Part shown: piece by piece, positions 24,148 through 37,270 of the stretch
Layout: every line of letters begins with the position of its first letter
How positions within the stretch are numbered: position 1 is the first letter of the stretch
NCBI RefSeq assembly: GCF_963921235.1
Contig: NC_086097.1
Location: 110,982,001 to 111,046,000, forward strand
Source of the DNA: Mobula hypostoma
Lineage: Eukaryota
Direction: 5' to 3'
Length of the DNA stretch: 64,000 nucleotides
The notes under the pieces: model-generated
Told to the model about the DNA's origin: nothing
The model's input: the letters and a program-made list of their open reading frames with translations, nothing else
Database searches by the model: none
Program-made: the position numbers and the translations under genes

Positions 24148-27100
24148 TAGAATCAGGTTTATTAACACTGACACGCAAAGATAAAAATTCCTATAAGCTA
24201 CTTCAAAATAGATTGTCCAAAAAATGAATCATGAGGTAGTGTTCAAGGGATCATGAACCATACAAAAATCTAAAATGTTGGGCATGGGTCTTCAGGCTCC
24301 TGTACCTACCCTCCAACGGCAGTAACAAGAAGAGGACATGCTCCAGATAGTGAGGGTTCTTAAAGATCAACGCTGCCTTTTTGAGGCACCACTTCTTGAA
24401 GTTGTCTTCAATGGAGAGGAAGGTTTTATCTGTCAATGGAGTGGATTAAGTCTGCAACCCTGTGCAGCCCCTTGTGATCCTGCACAATAAAGCCTCCATA
24501 CCACAGAGTGATGCAACCAGTCAGAATACTCCCCACCGTACATCTCAAGAAACTTGCTGACCCCACATCAAGGATAGGTGCATGTCCACAATCCATTCCC
24601 TGGTCTTGCTAACAATAAGTGTAAAATTGTTATTGTTATAGTACTTCAACCAGGTGCTCTATCTCACTCCTGGATGCCTCCTCGTTGCCATTTGAGAATC
24701 TGCCAAAAGCAGTGGCATCATCAGCAAATTTATAGATACTATTTGAGCTCACCCTAACCAGTCATGAGTGTAGAAAGAACAGAGCAGTGGTTAAGCATGC
24801 ATCCTTGAGGCGCACTTGTGTTAATTATCAGCAAGATGTTACTACTGGCCATACTGGAGGTGGTCTCCTAATAAGGAAGTAGAGGATCCAATTGCAGAGG
24901 GAGGTACAAAGGTACCGGTTTTGATGGTGTTGAATATGAAGCCGTAATTAATAAATGCCAGCCTGAGATACACTTTTTGCTGATTTGGCATTAAGCACAG
25001 ATTCTTGTTCAATCAAGAGTTAATCCTAGCCAGGATCAACACTTCAGAAAGCACTTCATTGTAGTAGATGTGAGTGTACCAGGTGATAGTCATTGAGGTA
25101 GCTCACTCTGTTTTTCTTGGACACACTATGATTGATGACCCTTTGAAGCAGGTGAGAAACTCTTACTGTTGCAGTTAAGAGTTTGAAGATGTCAGAGTCA
25201 TAGAACACTACAGCAGAGAAACAGGTCCTTCAACCCATCTAGTCTGCTCCTAGCCCCATAGACCTGCACTCAGGCCATCGCTCCCTATACCTTTCCCATC
25301 TATGTACTTATCCAAATTTCTCTTAAATGTCGAAATTGAACCTGCATCCACCACTTGCAATGGCAGCTTGTTCCACTCTCTCACTACTGTCTGACTTAAG
25401 AAATTTTATTTTTTTATTTAAAGATAGATCGTGGAATGGGCCCTTCTCGCTCAATGAGCCACACTGCCCAGCAATCCACCTATTTAACCCTGGCCTAATT
25501 GCAAGACGATTTATAAAGACCAATTAACCTACCAACCAGTACATCTTTGGAATGTGGGAAGGAAATGAAGCACCTGGAGGAAATGTGCACTTAAGGTGAG
25601 AGTGTACAAAGTCCTTACAGACAGCTTCAGAATTGAATTCTGATCGCTGAAGCTCCAAGATGTAATAACGATGCACGAGCCACTACGCCACCCCATAGTC
25701 CCCTTAAACATTTCACATTTCACCCTTAATCAGTGACCTCTAGTTCTAGTCTCACCCAATCTGCTTGCACTTACCCATCATAAAATTACCCTCCCCTAAT
25801 TTTGTACATCTCTCTCAAATCTCCCCTCATTCTTCTACGCCCCAGGGAAAAAAGTCCTAACCTATTCAACTTTTCTCTATAACTACTGGAGCACACAATA
25901 TTCCAAATTAGGACTCACTAATGTCTTATAACTTCAACAAAACATCTCAACTGCTGTACTCTGTACTTGATTTATGAGGGCCAATATGCCAAAACTCTCT
26001 TTAACACCACTTCCAAGGAATTATGGATCTGTATCTACCATACTCCTCAATGTCCCACCATTCACTGTACAAGTGCTACCCTGGCTTGTCCTCCCAAAGT
26101 GCAATACCTCACACGAAACATGCATAAAATACCATCTGCCATTTTCTGCCCATTTTTCCAGCTGGTCCACTATGACCCAAACTTAGTGTCAGGGATATCC
26201 TTTAGTACTCCACCCAGCTGGTCAGCAAAGGTTTTCAGTTTCCTGCCAGGTATACTGCTGGAGCCTGATACCTTGCAGGGGTTCATCCTCTTAAAGGATG
26301 TCAAACATCAACCCCCAAGGCAGAAATCACATGGTCATTTGATGCTGTGAGGATTCAAACAGACATAACATTACTTTTCTTTTCAAAGCATACACAAAAT
26401 GCATTGAGTGAAGCATCACTGCCATTTATGCTGTTAAGATTTTACCTTTAAAATGGCATGCAAACTGTGTCTCTAACTTAAGATGGAATTGCACTTTCAC
26501 TCTCAGAGGCCTTCTGTAGGTCCCAGCTGGATTCTTGTTTGGTTCTGTTTTGCCAGTCTTGATTGCCACAGAACTAACTTTCGGCAGACTATCTTCTGGT
26601 TCAAAGGCTTCTAGTTTGAGTGCATTCAGCTGGTATGTTCTTGAAGGTGCACATTCATCTCAGCAGGTCTTGATGAAGTCAATAACTGCCGGGGGCATAT
26701 TTACTCTGATACAAAGAAGGATTCCTGAATATGGTCCAGTCCACCAATTCATAACAGTTCCATAAACACTCTTCTGCCTCCCTTGACCATACCTTGACGG
26801 TCTTCACCACTAATGCTGCAGTCCTCAGTCTCTACCTACAGTCAGGTTATCAGACTAGCCAAAATGCAGTCATGGGATAGCATGGTAAGTGTTTTTGATG
26901 GTGGCTTAACACTGACTGAGTGTATTGGTTCCTGTGGTTCTAGAGGTGACACGTTGGTGTAGTTTGTCAGACCTCATGCTTGCCTGCTTGAAGACCCCAC
27001 AATGATCAGGAAGGCATCTGTGTCTGTTGATCCTCCAATGCCAGCTTAACACCTGCCAGAGGTGGGATTTACATACTACCAGGACGACTGAGAACTCCTC

Positions 27101-27330
27101 GGCAGAAAGAACGAATGTCACTTGACCACCAGATGTTCCAGGTTAAAGGAACAGAACTGAGATAGAGCTAACACATTTGTGCATTATTGAGTTAATCATG
27201 AAGCAAATGCCACCACCTTTGCCTTTACCTGATATCATTACTGTGATCCATGTAGTGGATGGTGAAGCCCTTGGATGAGAACACTGCATCCAGAGTGCTA
27301 GGGATGAACCATGTCTCTGTGAGTTACACA
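24148..27330 (-). mobile_element. Degraded Rex/L2-like LINE interrupted by a CR1 3' fragment (~25196-26170) that contains a V-SINE (~25405-25690)
   Basis: WCLKKAALIFKNPHY and GKGKGGGICFMIN peptides; CR1 tail agtcatagaacac; SINE body ctaccaaccagtacatctttggaatgtgg. Confidence 0.55.
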
Positions 27331-28379
27331 GCAATTCCTGATATCTCTTTTGTATTGCAGTCTTGTTCTGAGACCTTCAGTGTTATTTTTCAAAGACTGT
27401 ATTTTATTGGTGTTGGGGGTGCTTTTGTAGCCATCCAGACTCAAAGACAAACTCAGCTTTTTAAGATAATGTACTTATTTACAATTTCTTCTGGAACTAG
27501 CTTATTCCACTGTAAGGTTCCCTCCCCACAAAATTTCCTGATTTGGTGAAAACTTCCAGTATTATACTTTTGGTTTTAGATTTTTGCAACATCTCTGATG
27601 TACATTTCCCAGCTTCAACATGCCCCTCTCTCTCTCTGTGCAAATGGCCACATTAGTACGAAACCGTTAATGGGATCACTTTAGCAATGATCACAGATAT
27701 TCCTTTTGTCTCATCTACCCCTCCCCTACCCCCTGTGGCACTTGAAACTAATTTTTTCTCACTTTTTCAGTTACCTGACAGAATCTTTTTCACAAATGCT
27801 GCTTAATCGGCTGTGCTTATCCAGCACTTTCTCTCTTTATTTCAGTAACAATTTTGAGACAACAATGTCTACTAAGTGATGTTAGTATTAAACACAGAAT
27901 TTAAATTAAGTCACTGAACATAAGTAATTAAAAATCTCTATTTACAAATACAAATGTGTTCTTTGAACGCTTTCACAAAAACAAACTGCTATGATCATTT
28001 CTGAATTCTATTTAGGCTACATACAGGAAACCCTGAGTCAGGAGCAACTCTGCCACGAATCTACATTTTGAGATAAGGGAAAATTCAGGTCTAAAACCAG
28101 CTGAAAATTCAATTATTTTGAATCAATTACTTGTAAAGTCAGGCTATAGAATGTGACAATAGGGATTAAATCAGAGGAAATCTCCTCGTCTCCAATTATC
28201 TCAGAAATAAAGGGAAATCAAATTATTAAATGATAGCAGTATTACATTTTTCTAAGGGAGGACTGACAGAGAATCACAATAATAAGGTGGAGTCAACAGG
28301 ATTCTCTAGGACATATGTTGAAAATCTGTTTACGTTGTGAACAGGATAGGCAAGTAAGAACTAATGATGCAGTCTAACA

Positions 28380-30280
28380 GGATTTTTTGAATACTGTTGG
28401 CATGGAGGGCCTTTCAGAGAGCAGTAGCAAACAGGTGTGGCATGATGACAAACTCCAAAGCATAGCAGCAGAGAGTGGAGACAAGGAGACCTGCAGTAAT
28501 AGCCAACTTGCTAACTGGGGGACACTCAGCAAATCCTATGGTCTAAACCAAGAATCCAGGATGGCATGTTGCCTGCCAACTACCAGAGCAAAGATGTCTC
28601 ATTGTGGGTGTATAACCTGCTCAAAAGGGAGGATGAACACATAGACAGAGGCTATACACATTGGTTCCAATGACATTGAGAAAAAAGGAAGAGGTCCTAA
28701 GGAGTGAATATAATGATCTAGAGGGAAGATTTAAAAACGGGACCTCAAGAAGTTTTAATCTCTATTATTTTAATTTATTTAGAAATAGAGTGGAATAGGC
28801 CCTTCCAGCCCATCGAGCCTCACTGCCTAGCAACTCCCAACAACTCCAATTCAACCCTAACCCAATCATATTTACAGTGCAAACTGGTACACCTGGTACA
28901 TCTTTGGATTGCAAGAAGAAACCAGAGAAAAGCCACGCATTCCACAAAGAGGACGCAGAGAGATTCTTTACAGAGGACGCTGAGATTGAAATCCAACACA
29001 CCAAAATGTAATCATGTTGCGCTAACCTCTACTCTTTTACTGCCACGTACAAGTAAGGGTAGGAATTGGAGGGTAGGACGGAAATATGGCAGATGTATGT
29101 ATGTCTAAGGAGCTGGAGCAGGACAGAGGGATTCAGGTTTTTGGACAGTTGGAATCTCTTCTTTGAAAATTACCTCTACAAGGCCAGGTTGTACCTAAAC
29201 TGGAGAGGGACTAATATCCGGGCAGGGAGATTTGCCAGTGTTATTTAGGAGGGTTTCATCTGACCTAGCAAAGCGTGGGACCTAAAGATTAACATGGCAG
29301 ATGAGAAAATTGAGACAAATATATAAGTTCAAACAAACAATTTAGTAGGTAGCAACAGGTATGAGCAGAACAAATGAGGAAAATATCATAGGCCAAATTT
29401 AATTTCTTTTCTAATGCAAAAAGCCTAATAGGAAAGCAGATGCATACAGGTTAGGTACATAGGACTGGGATATCATGATGATTAAAAGAACGTGGTTGAG
29501 GGATGTGCTTCTTATTCCTAAAGGCATTGGTAGACATGGGAGTTAAGATGTGTGAAAGAGTTGTGTCTCTGATTAGGGAGAACATACGAGTAGGATATTC
29601 CTATGTAAACATCCAGTAAGAAATGTCGAGGTGATTATTTTAATTGGTTTGTATTATAGGCCCCGAGACTCTATGAATTAGGGGAGCAGATATACAGGAA
29701 GATTTCAGATAGCAGTAAAAATAGGGTTGCAAATAGATGTCATCTTAACTTCCCTATTGTTAACTGCGACTGCCATAGTGCTAAAAATTTGGATGGGGCA
29801 GAATTGATTAAGCATGTCCAGGAAAGTTTCCTCAAGTAATATTCAGGTGCCTCTATGAAAGTGGGTACAGCACTTTTTGCAAATGAGGTGGGCAAGTGAT
29901 TGAAGCATCAGTGGGGGAGGAGTTTGGGATCAATGATCATAATTCTATTCTGAATTAGAAAACAGAAAATAGTTAGGGAATAGGATATGAATTATCCATA
30001 AGCTGAATCCCTTAATTGGAGGTAGGCAACTTTTGATGGCATTAAGACAGGAAATGGCAAAGGTTGATTGGGAGAGGCTGTTTGCAGGTTAAGGGATATC
30101 TGGCAAGTGGGGTGATTTTAAATGCCTAGAGCTCACGGCTAGCATGTTCCTGTTGGCAGGACAAGAGAACCTTGGTTAACAAAGGAAATTGAGGCTCCCA
30201 TCAGGAAAAAAAGGCAAACGTCAGATATAAGCAATAAAATCAAGCAAAAATCTTTGAGGGATACAGAGCAGTAAAGATAA
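28380..30280 (+). mobile_element. Highly degraded CR1 LINE (ORF1 to endonuclease) with SINE insert at ~28770-29030
   Basis: EGFRFLDSWNLF...LNWRGTNIRAGRFA ORF1 C-terminus; tattataggccc (YYRP). Confidence 0.6.
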
Positions 30281-30399
30281 AGAGGAAGAACATACAAACT
30301 CCTTACAGACAGTGGTGGGAATCGAACCACAATTGCTGAGGAATGGCGCTGCAAAGTGATTGCGCTAAACTACCAGGATATGTTACCGTGCTGCCCCAT

Positions 30400-31860
30400 C
30401 ATACTGTGCAGAACAGCAACAGACATTTTGGCCCACGAAGTAATTAAACTAGTAACTAATCACCTCTACCTACACAAGGATCATATCCCTCCATTCTCTG
30501 TATACTCATGTGCCTAACAGCCTCTTGAACATCTCTATTTGTCTCCACCTGCAGCACGTTCCAATCACCTAACACTAAAAACTCACATCTCCTTTGAATC
30601 TATCCAGTTCGCCTTGAATGCATACCCTCTGGTATTAGACATTTTCACTTTTGAGAAAAAGACACTGGCTGTCTACTCTATCTTGACCTCTCAATCCTGT
30701 AAATTTCCATCAGGTCTCCGCTCAGCTTCCACCACTCCAGAGAAAACAACCCAAGTTGTCCAACCTCCCCTTAAGGCACATGCCCTCTAATCTACGCAAC
30801 ACCCTGGAAAACCTTTTCTGCACCTTCACCAAAGCCTCCAATCCTTCCTATAATGGGACAAATCAGAACTGAAAGTATTACGTTAGATGCAGCCTACCCA
30901 GGGTTTTCAAAAGCTTCAACGCAACTTACTGACTCTTGAATTCAATGATTTAACTAATAATGGTGAGCATGCCATAAGCCTTATTTACTCTTATCAACTT
31001 GTGCAGCCATTTCCACGGAGCTAAGGACTTGACCCCCAGATCCCGCTGTACATCAATGCTATTAGATAGGTGGCAGGTAGTGTTGAGAAAGCAGAGAGTC
31101 TGCAGAAGGACTTAAACAGGTTGGGAGAATGAGCAAAGAAGTGGCAGATGGAATATAGTGTAGGGAAGTGTATGGTCATGCGCTGTGGTAGAAGGAATAA
31201 GGGAGTAGACTGTTTTCTAAACAGAGAAAATTCAAAAATCAGAGGTGCAAAGGGACTCGGCAGCCCTTGTGCAGGATTCTCTAAAGGTTAACTTGTAGGC
31301 TGAGTCGGTGGTAAGAAAGGCAAATGCAATGTTAGCATTCATTTCAAGAGGGCTATAATATAAAAGCAAGGGTGCAATGACAATGGTCAGACAGAACATG
31401 GTAAGAAAAGATGTGCTAGGTTGGAGAGGATCCAGAAGAGGCTCAAGACAATGATTCAGTAGTTTAGAAGAATGGGGGGGGGGGCGTGCAGGGTCGGGGA
31501 GAATCTCATTGAAACCTAACAAATATTGAAGGCGTAGATAACGTGGATATGAACAGGATGTTTCCTATCTTGGAAGAGTCTAGGACCAAATGGCACAGAC
31601 TCAGAATAGAAGAAGAGATGAGGAGAAATTAGCCAGAGGGTGGTGAATCCATGGAACTTATTGCCACAGACAGCTGCGAAGGCCAGGTTATTGGGTATAT
31701 TTATAGCACAGGTTAATAGGTTCTTTTTTAGTCAGAGCGTCAAAGGTTACAGGGAGATGGCAGGAGCATGGGGTTGAGAGGGATAATAAATCAACCATGG
31801 TGGGATGGTGGAGCAGACTCAATGAGCCAAATAGCCTAATTCTGCTAGTATGTCTTATGG
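30400..31860. mobile_element. Two CR1 3' fragments in opposite orientation (minus ~30400-31062, plus ~31065-31860)
   Basis: Similarity to CR1 RT C-terminus (atggaatatagtgtagggaagtgtatggtcatg; gccagagggtggtgaatc). Confidence 0.6.
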
Positions 31861-33271
31861 CTATAAACAGCCTTGACATTAATTCACATAGTGATGCTAC
31901 AATCTGGAACAAGAAGCAGAACACTGGAAAAACTCAGTGGGACAAGCAGGATTTGTGTGAACGAACTGTGCAACACTTACAGAAGTGCTTAAGTGTGCCA
32001 AGTATCTAATAACGTTGACCATTTCAGCTGCATTATATGCCCACAATCAGTGCACGATTGCATGTCAAATTGGAGATAGCAATTGCAATATAGAAGTGAC
32101 AATTGCAAGCTGGATTCTCAGTGATATTTTCTCTGAAAAGCCAGTAAGAATAACAATTATCAGTTAACAATTTCACAAAGCATTTCAAATGTAATTTCCA
32201 TCTAAATACATTTAGTTTTTGTTAGAAATCACTCCACATGAATCTGAGCTATTTGCTCATCAAAATATTTGGCTCTTGCACCTACTAAAGACGATTTAAG
32301 ATGATCTGCAAGGCCAAACCATGACACAGCTTGCAAAAGCCTTATCAGCAGCCACTTTCTTTACAGTTAAAAACAGCCCATCAGTATATGCAACAAGTAA
32401 ACACTGATCTTCTACAAATACAGCTAAGTCTGTGCAAAGTTGAAACTATGGATCTCAGGCAATTAAGCTGCATCACATTCAGGTTTAACTGTTCTTACCA
32501 TCACCTTCACAAACAAATGTTTAGATTTTTAGAAATAATGCACCAACACAATATGCAGTCATGTGCATTTTAATAGATTGCTATTTTAGATTAGAAAAAC
32601 AGTCTTTGTTGTTGTATCAATAGGTAAATTCAGAGACAGCAAACCATAAATTATCAAATTAACTACTATCACTCATTACAATTAACATTTTAAAAAGCTA
32701 GCTGATTTTCAACAACCAAATAAAGGCCTTCAGTATGATAACTTGTTTTTTTATCTTTTTCAGGGTAACATAAGATATAAAATATAAGACCATAAGACAT
32801 AGGAGCAGAATTAGGCCATTTGGTCCATTGAGTCTGCTCTACTATTTCATCATGGCAGATCCATTTCCCTCACAGCCTCATTCTCTTTCCTTCTCCCCAT
32901 ACCCCTTCATGCCTTCACTAATCAAGAATCTATCAGCCTCTGCCTTAAATATACCCACTGACTTTGCCTCCGCAGCCACTGTGTCAATGAATTCCAGATC
33001 CACCACTCTCTGGCTAAAGAAATTACTCATCTTCGTTCTAAATGGACATCGCTCCATTCTGAGGCTGTGTCCTCTGGTCTTAGACTCTCCCTTCATAGGA
33101 AACATCCTCCTTTCAGTATCAAATAGGTTTCAGTAAGATTCCCTCCCTCCCAACTTTCTGAACTCCATCGAGTACAGGCTCAGAAATATCAAAGGCTCCT
33201 TTTATTCCTGGAACACACATCAAAGTTGCTGGTGAACGCAGCAGGCCAGGCAGCATCTCTAGGAAGAGGTA

Positions 33272-33313
33272 CAGTCGATGTTTTGGGCCAAGACCCTTCG
33301 TCAGGACTAACTG
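33272..33313 (-). ncRNA. Minimal type I hammerhead ribozyme motif (one core mutation)
   Basis: agtc-CTGACGA-AGGG-tcttgg-CCC-AAAA-CATC-gact; GAAA is mutated to AAAA. Confidence 0.65.
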
Positions 33314-33524
33314 AAAGAAGAGCTAGAAAGAGATTTGAAAGTGGGAGGGGGAGGGGGAGATCCAAAATGACAGAAGACAGGAGGGGGAGGGATGGAGCTA
33401 GGAGCTGGACAGTTGATTGGCAAAAGGGATATGAGAGGAACATGGGACAGGAGACCAAGGGAGAAAGAAAAGGGGTGGGGGGGGAACCCAGAGGATGGGC
33501 AAGGGGTATAGTGAGAGGGACGGG

Positions 33525-33730
33525 GGGGGAGAGGGGAGAGGGGAGAGGGGAGAGGGGAGAGGGGAGAGGGGAGAGGGGAGAGGGGAGAGGGGAGAGGGGA
33601 GAGGGGAGAGGGGAGAGGGGAGAGGGGAGAGGGGAGAGGGGAGAGGGGAGAGGGGAGAGGGGAGAGGGGAGAGGGGAGAGGGGAGAGAGGAGAGAGGAGA
33701 GAGGAGAGAGAGGGAGAGAGGGAGAGAGAG
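33525..33730. repeat. (GGGAGAG)n heptamer tandem repeat decaying into (GA)-rich sequence
   Basis: More than 20 near-perfect 7-nt units, pure purine on the + strand. Confidence 0.97.
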
Positions 33731-35848
33731 AATGAATGAGTGTGTGTATATAATAACGGATGGGGTACGAGGGCGAGGTGGGGCATTAGCGGAAGTTTGA
33801 GAAGTCAATGTTCATGCCATCAGGTTGGAGGATACCCAGATGGAATACAAGGTGTTGTTCCTCCAAGCAGAGTGTGGCTTCATCTTTACAGTAGAGGAGG
33901 CCGTGGATAGACATATCAGAAAATGTGTGGCCACTGGGAGATCTTGCTTTCTCTGGCGGACAGAGCGTAGGTGTTCAGCAAAATGATCTCCCAGTCTGTG
34001 TCGGGTCTCGCCAATATATAGAAGGCCACATTGGGAGCACCGGACGCAGTACATCACCCCAGCCGACTCACAGGTGAAGTGTCACCTCACCTGGAAGGAC
34101 TGTCTGGGGCCCTGAATGGTGGTAAGGGAGGAAGTGTAAGGGCATGTGCAGCACTTGTTCCGCTTACACGGATAAGTGCCAGGAGGGAGATCGGTGGGGA
34201 GGGATGGGGGGGAAGAATGGACAAGGGAGTCACATAGGGAGCGATCCCTGCGGAAAGCGGGGGCGGGGGGAGAGAAAGAAAAGATGTGCTTAGTGGTGGG
34301 ATCCCGTTGGAGGTGGTGGAAGTTACGGAGAATTAGATGTTGGACCCGGAGGCTGGTGGGGTGGTACCTGAGGACAAGGGGAACCCTATTCCTGGTGGGG
34401 TGGCAGGAGGATAGAGTGAGAGCAGACGTGCGTGAAATGGGGGAGATGCGTTTGAGAACAGAGTTGGTGGTGGAGGAAGGGAAGCCCCTTTCTTTAAAAA
34501 AGGAGGACATCTCCCTCATCCTGGAATGAAAAGCTTCATCCTGAGAGCACATGCGGCAGAGACGGACAAATTGCAAGAAGGGGACGGCATTTTTGCAAGA
34601 GACAGGGTAAGAAGAGGAATAGTCCAGACAGCTGTGAGAGTCAGTAGGCTTATAGTAGACATCAGTAGATAAGCTGTCTCCAGAGACAGAAAGATCTAGA
34701 AAGGGGAGGGAGGTGTCGGAAATGGACCAGGTAAACTTGAGGGCAGGGTGAAAGTTGGAGGCAAAGTTAATGAAGTCAACGAGCTCAGCATGCGTGCAGG
34801 AAGCAGTGCCAATGCAGTTGTCGATGTAGCAAAGGAAAAGTGGGGGACAGATACCAGAATAGGTTTGGAACATAGATTGTTCCACAAAGCCACAAAAAGG
34901 CAGGCACAGCTAGGACCCATACGGGTGCCCATAGCTACACCTTTAGTTTGGAGGAAGTGGGAGGAGCCAAAGGAGAAATTATTAAGAGTGAGGACCAATT
35001 CCGCTAGACGGAGCAGAGTGGTGGTAGAGGGGAACTGGTTAGGTCTGGAATCCAAAAAGAAGCAGAGAGCTTTGAGACCTTCCTGATGGGGGATGGAAGT
35101 ATATAGGGACTTGACATCCATTGTGAAAATAAAGCGGTGGGGGCCAGGGAACTTAAAATCATCGAAAAGTTTAAGAGTGTGAGAAGTGTCACGAACATAG
35201 GTAGGAAGGGATTGAACAAGGGGGGATAAAACCGTGTTGAGGTATGCAGAAATGAGTTCGGTGGGGCAGGAGCAAGCTGAGACAATAGGTCTGCCAGGAC
35301 AGGCAGGTTTGTGGATGTTGGGTAGGAGGTAGAAACGGGAAGTGCAGGGTGTGGGAACTATAAGGTTGGTATAGCAGTGGATGGGAGATCCCCCGAGCTG
35401 ATAAAGTTGGTGATGGTATGGGAGACAATGGCCTGGTGCTCCTTAGTGGGGTCATGATCGAGGGGCAAATAAGAGGAAGTATCCGCGAGTTGCCGCTGTG
35501 CTTCGGCAAGGTAGAGGTCAGTACGCCAGACTACAACAGCATCCCCCTTATCGGCAGGTTTTATAGTAAGGTTAGGATTAGTGCAGAGGGAGTAGAGAGC
35601 AGAGCGTTCGGAAGGAGTAAGGTTGGAATGGGAACAAGGTGCAGTGAAGTCGAGACGGTTGATGTCCCGTCAGCAGTTAGCAATAAAGAGATCCACAGCA
35701 GGGTATCCATGAAGAGGAGGAGGGTTGAAGATGGGAGGAGGGGTCATCGGTGGGGGTGGAAGAGTCCTTGCCAAAGAAGTAGGCTCAGAGACGGAGACGG
35801 CGGAAGAAAAGTTCCTCCCACTTTCAAATCTCTTACTAGCTCTTCTTT

Positions 35849-35890
35849 CAGTTAGTCCTGACAAAGGGTCTCGGCCCGAAACATCGACTG
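35849..35890 (+). ncRNA. Minimal type I hammerhead ribozyme motif (one core mutation)
   Basis: agtc-CTGACAA-AGGG-tctcgg-CCC-GAAA-CATC-gact; CTGANGA is mutated to CTGACAA. Confidence 0.65.
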
Positions 35891-36381
35891 TACCTCGTCC
35901 TAGAGATGCTGCCTGGCCTGCTGCGTTCACCAGCAACTTTGATGTGTGTTGTTTTTATTCCTGGGATCGTTCTTGTAAACTTCCTTTGGACCCTCGCCGG
36001 TTGCAGCACATCTTTCTTGAGATATGTAGCCCAAAATTGCTCACAATATTCTAAATGCAGTCTGACCAACACCTCAAACCTTCCTCAAAGGGATACATTC
36101 TTGTATTCATATTCTAGTCTTCTTGAAATGAATACCAGCATTAAATTTTCTTTTATTATCAACTCAACCTGCAAGTCAACCTTAAGGAAATCCTGAACTC
36201 AAGAACTTCCAAGTCCCTTTGAGCCTCCAATTTCTGAATTCTCTCCGTTTAGAAACCAGTCTATGCCTTTATTCTTCCTACCCATTCTTCTACATTATCT
36301 TGTTTGAGCTCAACCATAATATTCTTACATTGTTTTTCATGCTTTTGAATTAATGCTAACCAGAGCATTCCCATCACAAAC

Positions 36382-36566
36382 AAGAGAAAATCTGCAGTCA
36401 CTAGAAATCCAAGCAACACAACCAAATGCTGGAGGAACTGAGAAAGCCAGGCAGCATCTATGGAAAAGAGTACAGTCGACGTTTTGAGCTGAGACTCTTC
36501 GGCAGGACTCTTTTCCATAGATGCTGCCTGGCCTGCTCAGTTCCTCCAGCATTTTGTATGTTGCTC
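36382..36566. mobile_element. Penelope-like terminal fragment folded as an inverted duplication
   Basis: Arms 36411-36471 and 36507-36565 are reverse complements; the loop holds a hammerhead-like core on the minus strand. Confidence 0.8.
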
Positions 36567-37006
36567 AGAACACTCTCACCTGTCCCATTCTCCCATTTAT
36601 TGCCATGTTACACATTCCCTGCCCATGCCCATCAACTCAGAAAAATACAAGGTGATGCATTTTGGGAAGTTAAACAAGGACAAGACATACTCTGAATAGC
36701 AAGGGTCTGGGTAATATTGTTGAACAGAGGGATCAATGGGTACAAGTACATAGTACCCTGAATGTGGTGTCACAGGTATACATGGTGAAACAGGCAAATG
36801 GAGAGATTGTTTTCATCAGTCTGGATATCGATTACAGGAGTTGAGATCTCATTTCACAGCTGTGCAAGATATGTCCGATCGCAACTGGAGAAGTGTGTGT
36901 AGTTCTGACTGTCAAGCTACAGGAAAGATGTGATTAAGCACAAGAGGATGCAGAAAAGATTCACAAAGATGTCACTGGGACTGGAGGGGTTGAGCTAAAG
37001 GGAACT

Positions 37007-37270
37007 GGTGGCACTGTAGTGTAGTGGTTAGCACAATGCTTTATAGTATAGGAGACTCAGGTTCAATTGCTGCTGCTAACTGTAAGTATGCAAGTTCTCC
37101 CCGTGACCGCGTGGGTTTTCCTCCCTCAGTCCAAAGACCTATCAGTTGGTAGGTTAACTGGTCATTGTAAATTGGCCGATGATTAGGCTAGGGTTAAATT
37201 GGGGGATTGCTGACTGGCATAGCCTGAAGGGCCAGAAGGATTTACTTTGTGCTGTATCTCAATAAAATAA
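37007..37270 (+). mobile_element. tRNA-derived V-SINE
   Basis: A box tagtgtagtggttagc, B box ggttcaattgc, V-domain-like ttctccccgtgaccgcgtgggttt...ggtcattgtaaattg, aataaa tail. Confidence 0.75.

Larger units (their letters stand above)
33212..35952 (-). mobile_element. Penelope-like element (RT + GIY-YIG endonuclease, disrupted) with inverted terminal repeats
   Basis: MDVKSLYTSIPHQEG, GVAMGTRMGPS, YIDN, and YCVRCSQCGLLYIGETRHRLGDHFAEH; 33212-33347 is repeated inverted at 35813-35950; 12-bp TSD ttttattcctgg (33200-33211, 35953-35964). Confidence 0.92.
32785..36300 (-). mobile_element. CR1 3' fragment split by the Penelope-like element (32785-33211 and 35953-36300)
   Basis: MFPMKGESKTRGHSLR and LVRLHLEYCEQFW peptides on either side. 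Confidence 0.75.

Noticed and set aside
33226..33808. Long ORFs with GERGEGR or PLSPLPS repeats
   Set aside because: Translations of the (GGGAGAG)n tandem repeat; no splice or codon evidence of a gene.
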